From a virus (lineage: Duplodnaviria; Caudoviricetes), in the IMG/VR virus record IMGVR_UViG_3300047157_000034, positions 1-55,273 of that record: a DNA stretch of 55,273 nucleotides; one strand, 5' to 3'. This document shows, one piece after another, positions 39,920 to 49,286 of the stretch. A program made the translations under genes and the position numbers. The notes beneath the pieces are model-generated. The model worked only from the letters and a program-made list of their open reading frames with translations. It searched no databases and was not told where the DNA came from. Numbering within the stretch: the first letter of the stretch is position 1; every line of letters starts with the position of its first letter.

Positions 39920-40111
39920 ATGGCAAGAACAGTAGTGCAAGCTCACGACCGCATAGACATAATCGAACCTAAGATTACTAAACTAGAGACTGAAAATCAT
40001 ATTCAGTTTAAAGAGGTGTTCTATAGATTAAAACGTTTGGAGATGTTCTTAGTGGGTGGGCTTGGCGCTACTATTGCTATGTTAGTGAGTATATTACTTA
40101 AAATGGGATAA
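39920..40111 (+). CDS. small coiled-coil + C-terminal TM protein (XhlA-like)
   Basis: RLKRLE followed by a hydrophobic helix. Confidence 0.65.
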   Translation: MARTVVQAHDRIDIIEPKITKLETENHIQFKEVFYRLKRLEMFLVGGLGATIAMLVSILLKMG

Positions 40112-40114
40112 ATA

Positions 40115-40732
40115 ATGAAAAAATCTTTTCTGTATATAACATGGGCTTTTTTAGTATTTTTGTTTTTAATAGTATTAGTACCGATGGTCTATGCAGATAC
40201 TACGTTACAACCTTGCGATAGTACTACTAATAGCAATTGTATAGAAACAAACAGTACTACAAACTCCACAACCAACTCTAAGATAGACAGTACAACTACT
40301 GTTAAGTCTCCCCCTCCTTCTGCTATGGCTCCAAGTATTAACTCGTCTAACTCAGATACGTGTCATATAAGCGTAGCGGGGGCTGTACAAACCCAGATTC
40401 TTGGTATTAGTGCTGGTAAGACAGTTCGAGATTTAAACTGCGAACGTTTAAAAAATGCAAAAGTTATGTATGATATGGGGCTTAAGGTAAGTGCTGTGGC
40501 AATAATGTGCCAAGATAAAAGAATCCATTTAGCGATGGCAAATTCTGGTACACCATGTCCAATCAACGGTCTTGTAGGTGACGCAGCTACGACTGAGTGG
40601 GAAAACAATCCACATCTTGTACCTGGGTATGTAGCTGGAAAAAAGGAGGATTGGGATGAAGATGATATCAATACTGCCAAAGGTGCTGCTGGTATTGGTG
40701 GTCTTTTGTTGGCCTTGCTATTCTTACTCTGA
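40115..40732 (+). CDS. exported Cys-rich protein with C-terminal membrane anchor
   Basis: signal peptide ending VYA, S/T-rich linker, SPPPSA.AP, 6 Cys, hydrophobic C-terminus. Confidence 0.75.
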   Translation: MKKSFLYITWAFLVFLFLIVLVPMVYADTTLQPCDSTTNSNCIETNSTTNSTTNSKIDSTTTVKSPPPSAMAPSINSSNSDTCHISVAGAVQTQILGISAGKTVRDLNCERLKNAKVMYDMGLKVSAVAIMCQDKRIHLAMANSGTPCPINGLVGDAATTEWENNPHLVPGYVAGKKEDWDEDDINTAKGAAGIGGLLLALLFLL

Positions 40733-41546
40733 AAATATTTTTGGTAACACAGAAAACGCGGCTTCAGACGCACACAAATGGGTAATGAATAACCTGTTAC
40801 CGAGTCAAACTGGTTTGACTATCGAAGGTATATTCCACCGCTACACACTAACTAAGGATGCAACAAAAGACTCTACTGTGTCTATTACTAATAAAAAAGT
40901 GGGCAGTGAGGAGTATATCTACGAATATATAGATGACTGGAACAAAATTCCTGGGGGCACTAAAGTTACATACGACCCAATACCCTCTACTCTTGGTAAT
41001 TTGTTTGGGGATGGTGAGATAAAAGTAACAGGAGATGGGTCGTTGTCAGATGTCACTATTCTTTACCACTACAAGTTTGATCCGTGCCACACACCACTCA
41101 GCGATCCGACGTGCCCAGATTTTCAAGATGCATTATATCAATATTTACTTGATAACAACTTGTTAGATTCTCCTAACGTCGAAGATCCTTTTTATAATCA
41201 ATGGGTACAAATACAATTAGATGAGCAAGCAGAAGCAGAAAAACAAGAAGCTTTAGAAGCTCAAGAGGAAGAAGAAGAAACTGAAGAGCTAAGTGTAGAA
41301 GAAATACTTTCTGTGGCAGGAGCAGCAGAAAAAATTGCAGACTCTGCGCAACAGTTAGACATGATGAAACAGATAGCTGCTGTAGGAAAACTTGAATTAT
41401 ACTACAATACTGTTATAGATGGTGGTATATATAAAGATACCTTAACAATAGAAGGCGGTACTATAGAGGACAATTTTAGCGGATTGAGAAATCTGACTCA
41501 GGATAGTGTTCATAGAAGTATAGTTCGTTCTCAGTACGGCGACTAA
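40656..41546 (+). CDS. exported protein (beta domain + CxxPxSDPxCP + acidic region)
   Basis: N-terminal signal peptide; overlaps the upstream gene. Confidence 0.75.
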   Translation: MKMISILPKVLLVLVVFCWPCYSYSENIFGNTENAASDAHKWVMNNLLPSQTGLTIEGIFHRYTLTKDATKDSTVSITNKKVGSEEYIYEYIDDWNKIPGGTKVTYDPIPSTLGNLFGDGEIKVTGDGSLSDVTILYHYKFDPCHTPLSDPTCPDFQDALYQYLLDNNLLDSPNVEDPFYNQWVQIQLDEQAEAEKQEALEAQEEEEETEELSVEEILSVAGAAEKIADSAQQLDMMKQIAAVGKLELYYNTVIDGGIYKDTLTIEGGTIEDNFSGLRNLTQDSVHRSIVRSQYGD

Positions 41547-41559
41547 TAACGGAGCTAAT

Positions 41560-42057
41560 ATGATTAAAAAAATAACACCTATACTATTCTTGCTGTCAGC
41601 CACCTGTGCTTGGGCAGTCAATTCACCAATTAACGGTTTAGTGCAAGCCAACTGTTCTATATATACCACAACACCAGGCCAATATGGAAATCCTAGCCCT
41701 TGGAAACTTTCTACAACCCCTGCTGACGGTGGCGTAGAAGCAATCATACGCGTAGATATAGCTGCCGCTAACTACTACAATACTAAGTTTACCCACCCAA
41801 ACAGCTTTAGTTCATCTCCAACTTTGGTTGATGCTATAGCGTGGACAGGAAGCACAGCAGTAAGTTCACATTCCGTTTCTGGTATGTCAGCCTATGAAGC
41901 GGCCAAAGTAGTTGTGAATAATACTACAACATTTAATATGACTTTAGCGGGTTCTACTTGGTTTAAAGTTGCATCAACCGCAAGTTATGGTTCCTCTAAA
42001 GCATTACCAGCAGGTAATTATACTGCTATGATCGTTGCTGAATGTATTGCAAAGTAG
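41560..42057 (+). CDS. exported pilin/fimbrial-subunit-like protein
   Basis: signal ending AWA; INGLVQANCSI N-terminus; LPAGNYTAMIVAEC C-terminus. Confidence 0.6.
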   Translation: MIKKITPILFLLSATCAWAVNSPINGLVQANCSIYTTTPGQYGNPSPWKLSTTPADGGVEAIIRVDIAAANYYNTKFTHPNSFSSSPTLVDAIAWTGSTAVSSHSVSGMSAYEAAKVVVNNTTTFNMTLAGSTWFKVASTASYGSSKALPAGNYTAMIVAECIAK

Positions 42058-42416
42058 TTCTTTTACTGTTTGCGTTGAATTTAAACGCTCAAGCGCACGA
42101 GATGACTCCTGCGTACCCTAAGTTTAAACAAAGTTACATCGAAGGTGTATCAGTTACTGGTATGTCTTTGTTTAACAGACGCAGTGATGCTTCATACTAT
42201 GAAATTGGTGTATTTACAGAAGGTTGGAAAACAATCCCGTTTGCTTCTACGTCGAAACTTATAAAGGTACGCTACACTAGAAGACATTCTTTTGACGTGT
42301 ATGTCCGTAACGAAGACTTGGATAGAGTATATTATATTTGTACTATTTCAAAAATACTCAAAGGAAAAGCACAGACTAGTCAAATAGCATCAAGAATATG
42401 TTCCAGAGTTAAGTAA
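42042..42416 (+). CDS. exported Ig-fold protein resembling a PapD-type chaperone N-domain
   Basis: signal ending AQA; xxTP start, MSLFNRR..YYEIGV strand pattern, C-terminal Cys pair. Confidence 0.5.
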   Translation: MYCKVVLLLFALNLNAQAHEMTPAYPKFKQSYIEGVSVTGMSLFNRRSDASYYEIGVFTEGWKTIPFASTSKLIKVRYTRRHSFDVYVRNEDLDRVYYICTISKILKGKAQTSQIASRICSRVK

Positions 42417-42841
42417 TGAAATTATGGTTATACATTTTAATTATTATGCTAGTAACGGGTTGTACGTGTACGTTTGCGTATGCTGATAGCACAAGTAATT
42501 CATTAAGTTTATCTATTCCTAACTCAGGAAACAACTATCAATCAGATAAGTTTAGATCTGGCGACTTAGATTGTAGTAATGCTATTGGGTCTGCAACAAA
42601 TATTGAATTTGGCCTTACATCTATTATTCAAGGTGGCACAGCAGAGAACAGCGGTAAAACAGGCGATATTGGTATTTACAGTAGAATTACTATACCATTA
42701 GGAAAAAGAGCTAAATCTAGGATAAATTGTAATAGGTTGTACGAACTGGAGCTGAAGAAAAAACAACTAGAAGTGATGAAGTTACAACAGGAAATTAACA
42801 GGTTGCGTGAGTTGGGTAATGACTTATCGTTTGAGAATTAG
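42416..42841 (+). CDS. exported protein with Cys-bracketed beta-hairpin and coiled coil
   Basis: signal ending AYA; NIEFGL / GIYSRITIPLG amphipathic strands; heptad C-terminus. Confidence 0.7.
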   Translation: MKLWLYILIIMLVTGCTCTFAYADSTSNSLSLSIPNSGNNYQSDKFRSGDLDCSNAIGSATNIEFGLTSIIQGGTAENSGKTGDIGIYSRITIPLGKRAKSRINCNRLYELELKKKQLEVMKLQQEINRLRELGNDLSFEN

Positions 42842-42850
42842 GAGAAGATT

Positions 42851-43408
42851 ATGGCTGAAATGGAGGTAGGTGGTGTAAAGTTTTCTGGTTTTGGTAAGAT
42901 TGGTATTGCAGTCACAGCATTAAGCACATTAGCAGGGTCAGCTTATGTGGGCTACGAGTTTTATTTTGATTATCTTGACCTGCGCGAAGTGGTGCAAGAG
43001 ATTGATATTGATGCAATTAAAGCGGAAAATGAGCTCGTCTTAACAAAGCTAGATGACGCTATTGTCTACACCAGAGATATTAAGAACAACCTTAGAGATG
43101 ATCTCCTTAAACTAGAAGGGTATATTGATAAGCTTGAAACAAAGATTGAAACTTCCTCAGAACGTATAAAAACAACGCAAAGTTCTATAGACTTGGTACT
43201 AGAAGACGTTCTTAATCAAATGAACGAGGTGCAAAAAGACGTGACAGCTGCAATAAGAGAGGTTGAAACGTTAAATAGGGAGACAGAGAAGGATGTTCGT
43301 GATACAATGCGCGAAGTTGAAAATAGAATAGAAGAAGACATGACTAAGCTTGAAGATAAACTAAATGAAAGATTACAGGAAGCATTAGATAATCCCTTGG
43401 CTAATTAA
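42851..43408 (+). CDS. N-terminal TM + long coiled-coil protein
   Basis: TM IGIAVTALSTLAGSAYVG, then heptads ending ALDNPLAN; AGGAG SD. Confidence 0.75.
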   Translation: MAEMEVGGVKFSGFGKIGIAVTALSTLAGSAYVGYEFYFDYLDLREVVQEIDIDAIKAENELVLTKLDDAIVYTRDIKNNLRDDLLKLEGYIDKLETKIETSSERIKTTQSSIDLVLEDVLNQMNEVQKDVTAAIREVETLNRETEKDVRDTMREVENRIEEDMTKLEDKLNERLQEALDNPLAN

Positions 43409-43488
43409 GGATTTTATGATATGATAACTATTATTATAAACATATTTTTTGCACTAGTAATATTAGACTCAGCAGGAGTTATTTAATT

Positions 43489-43812
43489 ATGGCTAAAAAA
43501 TTACAAGAAGATAGCAAGTACGCAATGGCAGATGCCGATGGCGATGGGGTTATTACAGATGCGGAACTTGATCGACACGAGAGATGGGTTCGCCTAGAGA
43601 ACGAAGATAAGTTGGCTGACACGCAACGTATGATGGCGTGGATTGCAATGGTTGTAACGATTGTAGCGGTCATTGTTTTATTAACTCCAGTTGTGGCTAT
43701 AGACAGAGTTGCTACCGCGTCAGGTTTCTTAAATACGTTTATTGTGGCTCAGTTAGGAGTTGTTGTCGGTTTTATGGGGGCTACAGCCTTATCTAAAACT
43801 AAGTTAAAATAG
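43489..43812 (+). CDS. EF-hand + 2-TM membrane protein (holin/antiholin-like)
   Basis: DADGDGVITDAE loop; two hydrophobic helices. Confidence 0.7.
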   Translation: MAKKLQEDSKYAMADADGDGVITDAELDRHERWVRLENEDKLADTQRMMAWIAMVVTIVAVIVLLTPVVAIDRVATASGFLNTFIVAQLGVVVGFMGATALSKTKLK

Positions 43813-43821
43813 GAGGATAAC

Positions 43822-44286
43822 ATGTTATCACTGCTAGGAGCAGCACTAGGGTTTGGTACTTCTATCATTCCTAGTATTCTTGATTTATTTCAGCAAAAAC
43901 AAAAAGACGCTCAAGAGCTTAAAATGCTTGAAGCTAAAGGTAAATACGCGGCACAGCTATCTTCCCTGAAGTTAGATGAACTAGATGCCAAGGCAGACAT
44001 TGCTGAATCAGAAGGTATATACAAGGCAATGGCAGCGGCAAACGCCAAGTCTGGATTTGCGGCAGCTTTATCAGGATCGGTACGACCAGTTGTAACATAT
44101 TTATTTGTGGGTTTGTTTCTGACTGTAAAAATTAGTGGGTTATTCTATTCTATGAGTACAGGCGTTACATTTAACGATGCGGCACAAGCTATATGGAATG
44201 ACGACACAAATTTACTGTTTACAAGTATAATCAGTTTCTGGTTTGGGTCACGTCAGTTTGCTAAACTAAGGAAAGGCGCTAAATGA
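43822..44286 (+). CDS. holin, 3TM GTA-release type
   Basis: SVRPVVTY and IISFWFGSR motifs; next to the endolysin. Confidence 0.8.
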   Translation: MLSLLGAALGFGTSIIPSILDLFQQKQKDAQELKMLEAKGKYAAQLSSLKLDELDAKADIAESEGIYKAMAAANAKSGFAAALSGSVRPVVTYLFVGLFLTVKISGLFYSMSTGVTFNDAAQAIWNDDTNLLFTSIISFWFGSRQFAKLRKGAK

Positions 44287-44795
44287 GACAAAATTTTAAA
44301 GAGTGTATAACACGCCTTCTTGAACACGAAGGAGGTTTTGTAAATCATCCTGATGATCCAGGCGGAATTACTAATCACGGTGTTACTAAAAAAGTATATG
44401 AAGAGTGGGTTGAGCGTGAAGTGTCTGAACAAGAGATGCGTGACTTAACGCATGAAGATGTAGCTCCAATATATAAAAATAACTATTGGGATAGGCTTCG
44501 GGCAGACGATCTTCCTTCTGGGGTTGACTGGAGTTGCTTCGATTGGGGTGTGAATAGCGGGACAAGTCGAGCAGCTAAAGCACTGCAACGTATTGTAGGT
44601 GTAGAACAAGACGGCGGCATCGGGCCAATGACACTACAAGCAGTCGCTGAAGTAGAGCCCACAGAAATAGTAGAACAAATGCACCATATGCGTGATAAGT
44701 TTTACAGAGACCTCAGCACCTTTGACACTTTTGGACGTGGTTGGATAAGACGAAATGATGAGACTAAAGAGCAGGCACTTAATCTAGTAGAGTAA
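44283..44795 (+). CDS. endolysin, glycoside hydrolase family 108 with peptidoglycan-binding domain
   Basis: HEGGFVNHPDDPGGITNHGVT, FDWGVNSG, DGGIGPMTL, FGRGWIRR. Confidence 0.95.
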   Translation: MRQNFKECITRLLEHEGGFVNHPDDPGGITNHGVTKKVYEEWVEREVSEQEMRDLTHEDVAPIYKNNYWDRLRADDLPSGVDWSCFDWGVNSGTSRAAKALQRIVGVEQDGGIGPMTLQAVAEVEPTEIVEQMHHMRDKFYRDLSTFDTFGRGWIRRNDETKEQALNLVE

Positions 44796-44806
44796 AGGAG
44801 AATATT

Positions 44807-44968
44807 ATGGATTGGATTAAAGGAAGACTAAAAGAACCTTCAACCTATGGAGCTGCGGCTGTTGTAGGTGTAGGACTTGGTATACTATTTACTATGCCAA
44901 TACTAACCTGGGCAGGTATTGTTTGTGCTATTTTTGGGTTAGTACTTAAGGAAAAATCAGACGAGTAA
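44807..44968 (+). CDS. 53-aa 2-TM holin-like protein (not in ORF track)
   Basis: MDWIKGRLKEPSTYGAAAVVGVGLGILF...GLVLKEKSDE; AAGGAG SD. Confidence 0.75.
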   Translation: MDWIKGRLKEPSTYGAAAVVGVGLGILFTMPILTWAGIVCAIFGLVLKEKSDE

Positions 44969-44980
44969 GGAGTTAAATTT

Positions 44981-47554
44981 ATGGCTGTTTTTTCCATAAG
45001 GTCATTTGGGGGCATAGCACCTGTTGTCCCTGCTCGGTATCTTCAAGATAACCAAGCGCAAACAGCTATAAATTGTCCTGTGTTCCAAGGAAGTATTCAA
45101 TCTTTGGGAGATATAGGAGCTTCTGTTGCTACCTTACCAAAAGTAGGAACTGTTCAGTGTTTGTATAGGTATGGTCAAGATGCTGTATCTGAAAATAATT
45201 ATTGGTTTCATTGGACATCTGATGTTGATGTATGTCGCTCTCAGATAGCGGGAGATGTTTCTGAATGGACATTTTTTACAGGTGATGGTGGGCCAAAAGC
45301 TACTTATAACGCTATTGCTTTAACAGGTTCTAATTTTCCTGCAAACACAAGACCTTTAGGTTTACCTGCGCCATCAGCAGCTCCAGCAGTTTCGGCTGAT
45401 ACGTTTACGCCTGCTGCGCATCCGGCTCTCGTTATGCTTACTGACGCACACGTTGATAGTTTAACTACTGCGCATGGTATTTTAATAAGTACAACAGCTT
45501 CTGGCACTCCAAGTTATACAACAGTATCTTTGTCAGGGACTATTACTTCAACAAGTGTAGCAGCCGCTATTAACGCAACATCTTTAGCTGTTACAGCAAC
45601 AGAAAAAAGTGGAAGCGTTGAGATAAAATCAACTGGTACTGGAGATGCGGCTAAACTTTTTGTTAAATTTCAAACAGGAACAACTCCAGACACAGAAGGC
45701 ACATTTACCTTACAAACTAACCCTAATCTTTCAGCTTCAGGTACTGCTGATAATTCTGCTTTTGTTGTTATTGAAGACTCAGAAATAGGATCGATTACGT
45801 CTGGCGATAAAATATTTGTAAGTACAAATAACGGCACGCACGCTAATGATGTTACATATACATTTAGCGGAACTCTAACAGCTTCTGCGTTCGCCACTTA
45901 TCTTGATACTCAATTAGGTACAAATGTTGAGGCAACTGCGTACGGCTCTTGTGTTGTTTTAACCCCTCACAATAGTGGAACAGGAGCAAACGGAACTATA
46001 ACTTACCGACGCAAGGCAAGCAATGTTGCAGTAACAGAACTAACAAGTAGTGGTTCAGAATCTGCTGGCCCTGCTAGAATATTTGTAACGCAGACAGATG
46101 TTGATAACCTAGAAGGGAAGTATTTAAAGCTTACTGTTAACGGGGTCGATACTATTTTACCTGTTTCTTCTGCAGCTTATGTTAGCACATTTGCCACGCT
46201 TTCGTCGTATGGAGTTGGCACTAAAGTATATGGAAGTATTGATCCTTTTGCAGTAGTTGAAACAACGGCTGTAGGCACTTCTGCATCTATTTCAGTACGC
46301 GGTGGAACGTACCCAGACACAGCTGTTTTTACTGAACAACAAAGCGTTGGGTATTCAGACGAAGACGAAACGTTAGAAACTCGTGTTTATGCGTACACTT
46401 ATGTAAATAAAGAGTCTGGTTTTGAGTTTGAATCTGCGCCTTCTGCGGCTTCTGCTTCTGTTGATGTACGAGATGGACAGACTGTTTCTGTATCAGGATT
46501 TGCAGCAGTTCCCAGCGCAGGGTATTTAACGACGCACAAACGTATATACCGCTCTGTTGTAGGAACGTATTTATTTGTTGCAGAGATAACAGCAGCCGAA
46601 GCAAGTTTTACTGATGATATAAAGCCAGAAAGTTTAGGAGAAGTACTTCCTTCTTTGACTTGGAGTGAGCCACCTCAAACGCTTTCGGGGCTTATTAATC
46701 TTCCAAATGGTATAATGTCAGGTTTTACAGGAAGGGATGTTTACTTCTGCGATCCGTACCATCCTCACGCGTGGCCTGAAAATTATGTTCAAACACTTGA
46801 TTTTCCTATTGTCGGCTTAGGTCGTATGGACACAACACTTGCTGTGCTTACTAAAGGTACACCGTACTTAATTCAAGGTACGCACCCATCTAATATGGCT
46901 GTTGTTAAATCTGATCTTGAACAGGCTTGCGTATCTAAAAAAAGTATTGTGAGTTTAATGGGAGGCGTTTTATACGCTGCACCTGATGGTTTAATGTTAC
47001 TTTCCCCAGGAGGATCTCGTATTGTAACAGAGAATTTGTTTGATTATTCTCAGTGGCAAACATTCTTTAAACCTGAGTCGATACATGCTTACCAACAAGA
47101 TAATCAGTATATAGCTTTTTATAATAACGGAACTCAAAGTGGAGGTTTTATTTTTGATGTTCGTAGTGGACAATTTATTTTACATGATATGTACGCAGAT
47201 GCGGGATACCACGATTTACTTTTAGATAAACTTTTTCTTGCGGTTAACGACAGTGGAAACAAAGTAAAAACGTGGGGGACAGGTAGCAGTAAATCTTATA
47301 CATGGAAGTCTAAAAAATTTACTATGCCCCAAGTTATGGGTTTTTCATGCGCTCAATTAGAAGCTGAAGGTTACCCCATGACTGTAAAATTCTATGCAGA
47401 TACCACGTTAGTACATACACAAACTGTACAAAATAGAGATCCTTTTAGGCTTCCTTCTAAAGTTGGGCGCGATTGGGAAATGCAAATAGAAGGGTCTAAA
47501 GAAGTTTTTTCTCTTTCTATTGCTAATTCTATGTCGGAGCTTGCAAGTGGCTAA
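44981..47554 (+). CDS. tail nozzle / tubular protein B-like with a large insertion
   Basis: F.GIAP..P...L..NQAQ.A.N, RVYAYTYV...ESAPS, PHAWP..Y, WKSKKF. Confidence 0.8.
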   Translation: MAVFSIRSFGGIAPVVPARYLQDNQAQTAINCPVFQGSIQSLGDIGASVATLPKVGTVQCLYRYGQDAVSENNYWFHWTSDVDVCRSQIAGDVSEWTFFTGDGGPKATYNAIALTGSNFPANTRPLGLPAPSAAPAVSADTFTPAAHPALVMLTDAHVDSLTTAHGILISTTASGTPSYTTVSLSGTITSTSVAAAINATSLAVTATEKSGSVEIKSTGTGDAAKLFVKFQTGTTPDTEGTFTLQTNPNLSASGTADNSAFVVIEDSEIGSITSGDKIFVSTNNGTHANDVTYTFSGTLTASAFATYLDTQLGTNVEATAYGSCVVLTPHNSGTGANGTITYRRKASNVAVTELTSSGSESAGPARIFVTQTDVDNLEGKYLKLTVNGVDTILPVSSAAYVSTFATLSSYGVGTKVYGSIDPFAVVETTAVGTSASISVRGGTYPDTAVFTEQQSVGYSDEDETLETRVYAYTYVNKESGFEFESAPSAASASVDVRDGQTVSVSGFAAVPSAGYLTTHKRIYRSVVGTYLFVAEITAAEASFTDDIKPESLGEVLPSLTWSEPPQTLSGLINLPNGIMSGFTGRDVYFCDPYHPHAWPENYVQTLDFPIVGLGRMDTTLAVLTKGTPYLIQGTHPSNMAVVKSDLEQACVSKKSIVSLMGGVLYAAPDGLMLLSPGGSRIVTENLFDYSQWQTFFKPESIHAYQQDNQYIAFYNNGTQSGGFIFDVRSGQFILHDMYADAGYHDLLLDKLFLAVNDSGNKVKTWGTGSSKSYTWKSKKFTMPQVMGFSCAQLEAEGYPMTVKFYADTTLVHTQTVQNRDPFRLPSKVGRDWEMQIEGSKEVFSLSIANSMSELASG

Positions 47555-49286
47555 TCTACCAACAGTATCGTCTCCGCTCCCAAGAGATCTGCAACAGTTT
47601 ATTAGTCGAGTTCGAGAGGCACTAGACGGCGGAGGAGAAGATGCTGTTGTAACTGCCCGCCAACTTATAGCAGCGGGTGTAGTAAAAAATAAAAACGGTG
47701 GAGGGTTTACTACTGTAAACGGACCAATTGAAGCACCTCGCGCTCCTAGTAACTTAAGCGCGTCAGGAGCACTTGCTAATATTATTCTTAGTTGGAATGC
47801 TCCTACTTATAACGGTCATGCTTACACTGAAATTTGGGCACATACATCAAATGTTATTGGTGACGCCGTTCTTGTAGGTATGACTGCTGGAAATAATTTT
47901 GCGCATAATTTAGGTGATTCCGCAACACGTTATTATTGGGTTCGAAACATAAATCAAAATGGGACAGCTAGTGCTTTTAATGCTACAGATGGAACTCAAG
48001 CTACAACAGGGACAAGCCCTACGTATTTGCTATCATTGCTTACAGATCAAATTACTTCTTCTCAACTTGCTACAACTCTTAGCACTCGAATTGATTTAGT
48101 CGATGGAGCTGATACAGTTAGCGGATCTGTAAACGCAAGAATAAAAATAGAAGCTGACCCTCTTAAAGCACAATACACTGTTAAGATTGATAGTAATGGT
48201 CACGTTTCAGGATTTGGGCTTGGGTCTGAAGATGTAGATGGCACGTTAATAAGTAACTTTATGGTAGCGGCAGATAGATTTTCTGTTGTTAACCCTAACG
48301 TAGTTAATGGTGCAATTACAATGTCTGTTGAGGGGTCTTCTAGTACAAGACGATATGTAAAAGTCCCTGAGACTGTTTGGAATGCATATACATATGTTAA
48401 CGGTGATACACTAATTATAACTGGCATGGGAGAACACCCTACTAATGGACTTAATGGAACCTATACAATTTTTGGCAAAGCTAATGTTGTAAGTCCTGGG
48501 TATGGTAAAGTTATAGAAGTTGGTAGAATAAGACAGGGAGGTACATCTGGTTTTTTACCAGACTTAGACGCTGCTAGTGGGCAAACCGCAGAACAACGTA
48601 TGGCTGCAGCATACCCCGATGCTAGAGGAGCTATAAACTTAGACCAGAAAGCTCCGTTTATTATTAGTACAGGGTCTACTACAATTAACGGAGTTACAGT
48701 ACCTGCTGGCGTTTATATGAACTCTGCTATGATTGGCGATGCTACAATCACAAACGCTAAGATAGGTAGTTTAACTGCTGATAAAATTACAGCTAGTTTA
48801 CTTAACACTGTAGATTTTTATGGAAATACTATTGCAGGGTCTACTATTTATCTTGGAGGTTCGGTTACATATACTCAAGATAGTGGTGGAAACAATATAG
48901 GTATTCAATCTGTTGCATCACCAAAAATTACCTTAGACAGCAACGGAGCAACGTTTTTAGTAGACGCATTTAAAGTTAGCAACGGTACTTCAAACGAAAC
49001 ACCTTTTGAAGTTTCTAGTGGGACTGTAAGAATTAAAACTGCAAACATCGGCGATGGTACAATTACCAATGCAAAAATTTCAAACGTGATTCAATCAGCG
49101 GCTTATTCTGCTGGTTCTGCTGGCTGGAAGATAGATAAAGCTGGTGCTATGGAAATGAATAACGCTACGTTTCGAGGGACATTAGACGTTGGCGGTTCTT
49201 CGGGAAGTCGTATGACAATCAGCAGTACAAAAATAGAGGTATACGACGGCTCAACTCTTCGAGTTAAGATAGGAGATTTATCCTAG
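47547..49286 (+). CDS. tail tip / host-specificity protein (J-like; FnIII + DUF1983-like)
   Basis: GTG start; YYWVRNIN, YTVKID.NG.V.GFGL, ADRF, I.DATITNAKI, LRVKIGDL. Confidence 0.75.
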   Translation: MANLPTVSSPLPRDLQQFISRVREALDGGGEDAVVTARQLIAAGVVKNKNGGGFTTVNGPIEAPRAPSNLSASGALANIILSWNAPTYNGHAYTEIWAHTSNVIGDAVLVGMTAGNNFAHNLGDSATRYYWVRNINQNGTASAFNATDGTQATTGTSPTYLLSLLTDQITSSQLATTLSTRIDLVDGADTVSGSVNARIKIEADPLKAQYTVKIDSNGHVSGFGLGSEDVDGTLISNFMVAADRFSVVNPNVVNGAITMSVEGSSSTRRYVKVPETVWNAYTYVNGDTLIITGMGEHPTNGLNGTYTIFGKANVVSPGYGKVIEVGRIRQGGTSGFLPDLDAASGQTAEQRMAAAYPDARGAINLDQKAPFIISTGSTTINGVTVPAGVYMNSAMIGDATITNAKIGSLTADKITASLLNTVDFYGNTIAGSTIYLGGSVTYTQDSGGNNIGIQSVASPKITLDSNGATFLVDAFKVSNGTSNETPFEVSSGTVRIKTANIGDGTITNAKISNVIQSAAYSAGSAGWKIDKAGAMEMNNATFRGTLDVGGSSGSRMTISSTKIEVYDGSTLRVKIGDLS

